Under the pieces are notes generated by a model. That model ran no database searches and was not told the DNA's origin. It saw only the letters and a program-made list of their open reading frames with translations. Positions 58,348-64,000 of a stretch of DNA of 64,000 nucleotides are shown here, one piece after another (the stretch's first letter is position 1; each line of letters starts with the position of its first letter). The position numbers and the translations under genes are program-made. The stretch lies in NCBI GenBank assembly GCA_965223905.1, contig CBDCXV010000011.1:1568001-1632000 (forward strand), in the 5' to 3' direction. Source of the stretch: Candidatus Latescibacterota bacterium (GTDB taxonomy: Bacteria; Latescibacterota; UBA2968; UBA8231).

Positions 58348-59691
58348 ATGCTCTACCAGAGACTGCGCGAACGGCAGGAAAGCGGCGACCCGATCCAGGT
58401 CGGCCTGATCGCCGCCGGTACCTTCGGCACCCAGATCGCCTCGCAGATGGCCGCGGCCCCGGGGATGCGCCTGGCGGTCATCGCCGAGCTCGACCCCGGC
58501 AAGGCGGTGCGCGCCTTCCGCACCGGCGGCGCCGGGGATAAGGAGGTGATCGAGGCGGACACAGCGGACGCCGTCGAGGCCGCCATCGCTTCCGGGCGCC
58601 ATGCGGTCACCCGCGATGCCCGGGTCCTGATCGAGAGCGGCGTCGACGTCGTCATCGAGGCCACCGGCAACGTCGAGGCCGGAGCCGGCCACGGGCGCGA
58701 CGCCATCGCCGCGGGCAAGCACGTGGTGATGGTGACCGTCGAGGCCGACGTCGTCGTCGGCTGGCAGCTGAAACGGCTCGCCGACGAGGCCGGGGTCCTC
58801 TACAGCGCCGCGTACGGCGACGAGCCCGCGGTCGCCCTCGGGCTCTGGGACTGGGCCCGCGCCCTCGGCTTCCGGGTGGTGGCCGCGGGCAAGGGGACGC
58901 GCTTCAGAACCTCGTTCCGCAAGGCCAACCCCGACGACGTGCCGCGGCTGTACGGCTTCACCGGGGACGACTACAACGCGCAGATGTTCGGCAGCTTCCT
59001 CGACGGCACCAAGCACGCCATCGAGATGGCCTGCCTCGCCAACATGTCCGGCCTCGTGCCGGACGTGCGCGGCATGCACTTCCCCTGCTCCGACCTGCGC
59101 GACATTCCCGACGTCGTCTGCCACCGCGACAAGGGCGGAGTGCTCTCGCGGGAAGGGGTGGTCGAGGCGGTCAGCTCCATCGACGAGAACGAGGCCGCGG
59201 TCGAGCGCAGCCTGCGCGGCGGCCTCTACTGCGTCGTCGACGGGCCGACCGGCTTCACCGCGGAATCGCTGGGGTCGTACGGGGAGATCATCGGCATGAT
59301 CATCGGCAGGCGCAGCAACTACGCGATGATCTACCGGCCACAGCACTGGATCGGCCACGAGATGCCGATTTCGGTGGCGACCATCATGCTCGACAACCAG
59401 ACCTGCGGCGCCCCGGTCGGGTGGCACGCCGAGGTCGTGTCCGCGGCCAAGAAGCCGCTGAAGGCGGGGACCGTCCTCGACGGAGAGGGGGGCTTCTGTC
59501 TCTACGGGCTGCTCGAGAAGGCCGCGGTGGCGAGAGAGGAGAACCTGCTGCCGGTGGGGCTTTCGCGCGGCGCCGTGCTGACCCGGGACGTTCCGGAAGA
59601 CGGCACGATCACCCGGGACGACGTCGAACTGGCCGAATCCCCCGCCCTCGAGCTGCGCATCCAGCAGGAGGCGGGGCTCGCCGCGGGCTGA
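58348..59691 (+). CDS. NAD(P)-dependent oxidoreductase with C-terminal SAF domain (homoserine dehydrogenase-like)
   Basis: VIEATG, GDEP, GKG, SFLDGTK.AIEM, AKKPLKAG.VLDGEGG. Confidence 0.88.
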   Translation: MLYQRLRERQESGDPIQVGLIAAGTFGTQIASQMAAAPGMRLAVIAELDPGKAVRAFRTGGAGDKEVIEADTADAVEAAIASGRHAVTRDARVLIESGVDVVIEATGNVEAGAGHGRDAIAAGKHVVMVTVEADVVVGWQLKRLADEAGVLYSAAYGDEPAVALGLWDWARALGFRVVAAGKGTRFRTSFRKANPDDVPRLYGFTGDDYNAQMFGSFLDGTKHAIEMACLANMSGLVPDVRGMHFPCSDLRDIPDVVCHRDKGGVLSREGVVEAVSSIDENEAAVERSLRGGLYCVVDGPTGFTAESLGSYGEIIGMIIGRRSNYAMIYRPQHWIGHEMPISVATIMLDNQTCGAPVGWHAEVVSAAKKPLKAGTVLDGEGGFCLYGLLEKAAVAREENLLPVGLSRGAVLTRDVPEDGTITRDDVELAESPALELRIQQEAGLAAG

Positions 59692-59713
59692 GCGCCTTCA
59701 CGCTCACCGGCCG

Positions 59714-60046
59714 TCAGCCGGCTTCCCAGAAATAGACCTCCGGCAGGCCCTCGGGGTAGGGGTTCGCCGGGTCGTAGTCGGCCCCCTCGGCGTTCTCCAT
59801 GATCGGGGCCATGTACTCCTCCCAGCGCACCGACTCCGGGCTGTTCTCCAGGACCGCGCAGGCCGCGGCGTAGTCCTCGACCTCCATGTACAGGAACAGC
59901 TGCCTCCCGGACATGAAGATGCTCATCCTGTGCACGCCGGCCCGGCTCATGTCGGCCTCCACCTGCGGCCAGACCTCGCGGTGGCGGCGGGCGTACTCCT
60001 CCTCCCGGCCCGGTTTCACCTGCATGACGAACGCTACCCGCTGCAT
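59714..60046 (-). CDS. rhaM: L-rhamnose mutarotase family protein
   Basis: FVMQVKPG..EYARRH..VWP..SIF..RWEEYM. Confidence 0.88.
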   Translation of the reverse strand: MQRVAFVMQVKPGREEEYARRHREVWPQVEADMSRAGVHRMSIFMSGRQLFLYMEVEDYAAACAVLENSPESVRWEEYMAPIMENAEGADYDPANPYPEGLPEVYFWEAG

Positions 60047-60058
60047 CGCATGCCTCCC

Positions 60059-60952
60059 CTACTCGAAGGCGGCACGGAATTCCGGCTTGCCCCTGACGTC
60101 CACCCGCAGCCGGTAGACGGGGCCGCCCATGTTCGGCGCCCCGAAGTCGTACCCCGGGGGGGCGACGTCGCTCGGCCAGGAGGCGCCGGCGCTGGTGATG
60201 TACAGCTCGTCGAGGCCGGGGCCGCCGAAGGCGACCGCGGAGACCTGCTTCACCGGCATCGGCAGGCGGCGCTCGACGCTGCCGCCGGGATCGTAGCGGA
60301 CCACCTGCCCGCCGTACCACTGGGCGCTCCAGACGAAGCCCTCGGCGTCGACGGTCATGCCGTCGGGGATCCCCTCGTCGCCGGGCACCTGCACGAACAC
60401 CCGCCGGTTCTCCAGCCTGCCGGTGGCCGCGTCGACGTCGAAAGCGTAGATCCTCCGGGCGGCCGAGTCGGAGTAGTAGAGGGTCCCCTCGTCCGGGCTG
60501 AACCCCAGGCCGTTGGACAGCTCGATCCCCTCGGCGACGACCTCGACGACGCCGCTCGGGCCGAACATATAAAGCTTGCCGTCCCTTTCCTTGCCGTTCT
60601 CCCCCCAGTACATGGTGCCGGCGTACACCCGCCCCTGCGGCCCGACGATCATGTCGTTGAAGGAGAGCGCCTCCCCTTCGTGCTCCGAGGCGATGTTGCG
60701 GTGCTCCCCTTCCCCGCTCCACAGGAACAGCCCGCCCGCCCCGGAAAAGACGAGGCGGCCGTCGCCATTGAGGCCGATGCCGTTCACGACCAGGTCGCGG
60801 TTGATGATGCTCTTGGTGCCGGCGGCGTCCATCTGGTAGACGAGGGAGCTGCTGATGTCCGTCCACAGCAGGCGGTTGCGTTCCCCGTCCCAGATCGGGC
60901 CTTCCCCAATCAGGTTGCCGTCGTCGGCGATCACTTCGAGTCCTGCGCTCAT
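60059..60952 (-). CDS. SMP-30/gluconolactonase/LRE family protein
   Basis: GEGPIWD, FND, SNGLGFSPD, PDGMTVD, FGG..LYITSA. Confidence 0.93.
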   Translation of the reverse strand: MSAGLEVIADDGNLIGEGPIWDGERNRLLWTDISSSLVYQMDAAGTKSIINRDLVVNGIGLNGDGRLVFSGAGGLFLWSGEGEHRNIASEHEGEALSFNDMIVGPQGRVYAGTMYWGENGKERDGKLYMFGPSGVVEVVAEGIELSNGLGFSPDEGTLYYSDSAARRIYAFDVDAATGRLENRRVFVQVPGDEGIPDGMTVDAEGFVWSAQWYGGQVVRYDPGGSVERRLPMPVKQVSAVAFGGPGLDELYITSAGASWPSDVAPPGYDFGAPNMGGPVYRLRVDVRGKPEFRAAFE

Positions 60953-61401
60953 CTCTTTCCTTTCTCCCTGGTCACCTCGCCTGGCGGCGGCGGCGGACAG
61001 GTTTGGGGCATGGCGGTTTGGCTGGGTTTTCGGGTTGGGAAACCGGGAGTAACAAGGTGGCTTCGTTGCGCAGGAACCGGGAGCCTTGGCCACCGGACCT
61101 TTGACGACACTTTGGAATGGGTGCGCTTCTCCTGGCGGGGCGTACCCGGCATGTGGACGAATCTTCACACTCCTGCGCGCTGACCACACCGTCCTACAGC
61201 AGGTTCCCAGGCTCCGACGGATACGAGAACGGGTGGCGTTCCCGCGGACGGCGGGAGCCGGCCGGGCATCTCGCTGACCGACGGAGACCTCAGGCTTCCG
61301 GGAAGATCGTCATTGACGAGGTAGAAGTCCGGGTGCAGCCGAATGGCCCCTGACCCACCGGGCGTGGCTTCTTCCGCCCTGCGGCCTCGCCGCGCCCACA
61401 G

Positions 61402-62664
61402 TCAAGGCCGCGGCCGCCGCTGCCACCGCGGCCAGGCAACCGATTCCTGAGCGGGCGAACCTGTCGCGTCGACGCCGAAGGGCAACTCGTACAGATGCAC
61501 CGCATACGGCGCGAAGGAGTCTTCGAAAACTCCGTCCCTGACTTCCACGAGCCGATTCTCCGAACGCACCGCAGCGCCGTCCGCGGCCAGTCCGCCGGCA
61601 GGAACCGGAACAGTGAATCGCGCTTTGACCGGCGAATCGAAGCCGTTGACGGCGATCAGGAAATAACCGCCCTCGATCTGCCGCAGTGACAGGTGCAGCG
61701 CCGTGTATCCGAAATTGGCGGGTTCTTTGGATCCTTCGACGATTTCCGACACGAGCCCGGGCACCTCCGGCGCCAGGAGACAGGGAGCCAGAAGGCGCAG
61801 TTCCGCGGTCAGGTCCGCCCACTGCGCCCAGTACGCCGGCTCCGACTGGTTCGCCCACCAGTCCATGTCACCCACATTGTAGTGGAAGCTGAAGTAATTG
61901 ATGCCGCTGATGCCGTGCGCCACGGCCAGGTAGGTCATGCACCGGACCTCGGTCATGGTCGGGGAACGATCGGCCGGGCCGCCTCGCAGAGGCCCCATCT
62001 GCACCCACATCCATCCCGGCTTCCCCGCCGCGCCTTTGACTACGCTGTCGGAGTACTGGGCAACATGGGTAAGGGGATAGAGGGGAACCGGGTAGACGTC
62101 GTCCGAGTGGATGTCGGCCACATCCCGGTAGTCCTGATGGTCCTTGAGACGCCCCAGGGCGAGGTTGAGCATCACCGGGTGAGCCGGGTCGAGCCGCTTG
62201 ATCAGGTCGTACGCCGGCTTGAGCGCCTCGGGTGGAACCCTGTAGTCGCCACCGCTGCCGCCATGGTTGGGTTCATCCTCCAACTCCCACACCAGCAGTC
62301 CGGGGGCGTCGCGACAGGCCATTACTATCCGCTCGACCTGCTCCAGGTCCTCCCACACACCATTGCCGACGGAAGCCATCGCGTACATGCCGTTTGCATA
62401 CGCGTCATCTATGTCGGCACGGAAGGTCCACGGCTCGGTCCGGTCCCCGTGGGTAGTGGCAAGATTGAAGCCCTTCTCCCCGGCCTCGGGCAGAGAAAAA
62501 TGCCCGTGTGCGACCCAGCCTATACCCACCGGGAAAAACGGCTCTCCGTTTACGATCAGATGTCCTTGGCGGATCTCGACACTCTCCACCGGAGGGGGGG
62601 GCTTCGCCCACGCCGCCAATCCGCTCATAGCTATGGTCCCCGTAAGAATCAGCGCTGCTTTCAA
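61402..62664 (-). CDS. Secreted glycoside hydrolase-like TIM-barrel protein
   Basis: TTG start with CAGGAG; signal peptide; VNGEPFFPVG, GFN, WELEDEPN, DVYP, YLAVAHG. Confidence 0.75.
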   Translation of the reverse strand: MKAALILTGTIAMSGLAAWAKPPPPVESVEIRQGHLIVNGEPFFPVGIGWVAHGHFSLPEAGEKGFNLATTHGDRTEPWTFRADIDDAYANGMYAMASVGNGVWEDLEQVERIVMACRDAPGLLVWELEDEPNHGGSGGDYRVPPEALKPAYDLIKRLDPAHPVMLNLALGRLKDHQDYRDVADIHSDDVYPVPLYPLTHVAQYSDSVVKGAAGKPGWMWVQMGPLRGGPADRSPTMTEVRCMTYLAVAHGISGINYFSFHYNVGDMDWWANQSEPAYWAQWADLTAELRLLAPCLLAPEVPGLVSEIVEGSKEPANFGYTALHLSLRQIEGGYFLIAVNGFDSPVKARFTVPVPAGGLAADGAAVRSENRLVEVRDGVFEDSFAPYAVHLYELPFGVDATGSPAQESVAWPRWQRRPRP

Positions 62665-63000
62665 AAGTTCAGACTCCTGGTTGAATGGATCATGGTAAAC
62701 CGGATTACCCGTGAGGGACAGTCCCGAGGGGAGCCTTGCCCCTGGTACCCGGTAGGGCGGGGCCGCTACGAGTCCCGGGTTCTCCGCGCGAAAATGCCCC
62801 GCGGCCGCCGATGACGCTGCCGGCATCGATGAAGTTGCAGCCCGGCGTATGAGGAGCACCCTCCTCGGGTATGCGCACGGGACGGAATCTCAGTGCCCGC
62901 CTCCGGATCCGGTTCAGCTGCCTCCTCCAGACCGCGGTGGGCATCCACCAGATTGCTGACCAGCATCTCATGGATGAAATCGGTACCGAAAAAAATGAGC

Positions 63001-64000
63001 CATGAATCGGGGGCGTCGCAAGACTAGACCCAAAATAAGCGTGATGTACCCCCGCAGGCCTGTACAAAAAAGGCCGGAAAGGCTTATCTTTGTTGGAGTT
63101 AGCAAGGTTTCAGGTGAAGTCACTAACTCCCCCCTAGGAGGCCTTTCCGGTGAAGAGAATATCGACCAAACAGAGTCGCAGGAACAGTGCCCGGCGCCAG
63201 CGCAAGGTGAGGGCTCGCCACCAGAAAGCCGGCCACTGGTCGCCTCAGGCGCAGCCGATGTTCACCGCGGCGCCGATGCACTTGGAGATCGGCGCTCATC
63301 CCGAGGCGATGAGCTATGGCGGCATCGGGGTAGTGCATCGGCTGGTGACCAAGCTGGGCTTGCCCGAACAGATCGACGAGCGTCTGCAGCTGTTGAAGGT
63401 GCACTTGCCCTATCACGAGTCCGACCATGTGCTGAATCTGGCCTACAACGCGCTGTGTGGCGGTACGCGGCTGCAGGACATCGAGATTCGTCGTCATGAC
63501 CCCGCCTACATGAACGCTGTGGGTGCGGAGTTGATCCCCGACCCGACCACGACGGGGGATTTCTGTCGCCGTTTCCACGCCTCGGATGTCGTCGACCTGA
63601 TGGAGGCCATCAACGCGGTGCGACCCAAGATGTGGCAAGGGCGCGGGCAGGACCTGTTGGGAGCGGTCGCCTACCTCGATGTCGACGGGGTGCTGGCGCC
63701 GAGCGGCGGCGAGCGCAAGCAGGGCATGGACATTTCCTACAAAGGCATCTGGGGCTACCATCCGCTGATCGTGTCGTTGGCCAACACCCGGGAGGTGCTC
63801 TACGTGGTCAACCGGCCGGGGAACGTGCCCAGCCACACCGAGGCGGCCGTTTGGATCGACAAGGCGATCGCGCAGCTGGAGCCCCATGCTCGGCGCCTCT
63901 GCCTGCGCGGCGACACCGACTTTTCGTTGACGCGCCATTTCGACCGCTGGGCGGAACGGGTCGACTTCGTGTTCGGCATGGACTGCACCGCGGCTATGCG
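63001..64000 (+). mobile_element. IS1380-family element, partial
   Basis: Transposase runs off the window; putative left end CATGAATCGG resembles the TIR of the other IS1380. Confidence 0.75.
63150..64000 (+). CDS. IS1380-family transposase, 3'-partial (not in ORF track)
   Basis: AGGAGG + GTG; LKVHLPYHESDHVLN, IPDPTT.GDFCRRF, LDVDG, YKGIWGYHPL, LRGDTDF. Confidence 0.9.
   Translation, partial: MKRISTKQSRRNSARRQRKVRARHQKAGHWSPQAQPMFTAAPMHLEIGAHPEAMSYGGIGVVHRLVTKLGLPEQIDERLQLLKVHLPYHESDHVLNLAYNALCGGTRLQDIEIRRHDPAYMNAVGAELIPDPTTTGDFCRRFHASDVVDLMEAINAVRPKMWQGRGQDLLGAVAYLDVDGVLAPSGGERKQGMDISYKGIWGYHPLIVSLANTREVLYVVNRPGNVPSHTEAAVWIDKAIAQLEPHARRLCLRGDTDFSLTRHFDRWAERVDFVFGMDCTAAM

Noticed and set aside
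60960-61400. Possible small gene or remnant ending ..KIVIDEVEVRVQPNGP, and similar debris at 62700-63000
   Set aside because: No recognisable family or convincing start; left unannotated.
397-63938. Many long alternative-frame or antisense ORFs (e.g. 53500..56616, 37699..39939, 44958..47351, 47270..49546, 14546..16492, 63123..63938)
   Set aside because: They shadow genes with clear family motifs, show no motifs of their own, and are expected in high-GC DNA.

Overview
GC-rich bacterial chromosomal window with no rRNA, tRNA or CRISPR array recognisable by eye. The gene content suggests an FCB-superphylum candidate lineage such as Latescibacterota, possibly a marine or sponge symbiont (inference only): paralogous PhyH dioxygenases, enolases, Ldh_2 oxidoreductases, a sulfatase, FN3/cadherin adhesins and FlgD-Ig/T9SS-like tails. 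Contents in order: a convergent type II restriction-modification pair, an MNT-HEPN module, catabolic genes, a mosaic region (18.5-25 kb) with a broken adhesin, an AT-rich insert, an IS1380 and gene fragments, then more catabolic genes. The standout is a ~14 kb translationally coupled operon (35.6-49.4 kb, minus strand). It encodes three paralogous secreted proteins with TPNGDGxN(D/E)/FlgD-Ig C-termini, two paralogous ~880-aa putative outer-membrane barrels with Ca-binding-like loops, and a parvulin lipoprotein; this is a candidate uncharacterised secretion or surface-display system. After it come decayed 'SWGRIKA'-tail genes, an orphan msrP, sugar-acid genes and a second, partial IS1380. Several single-base frameshifts at short base runs are probably sequencing errors.
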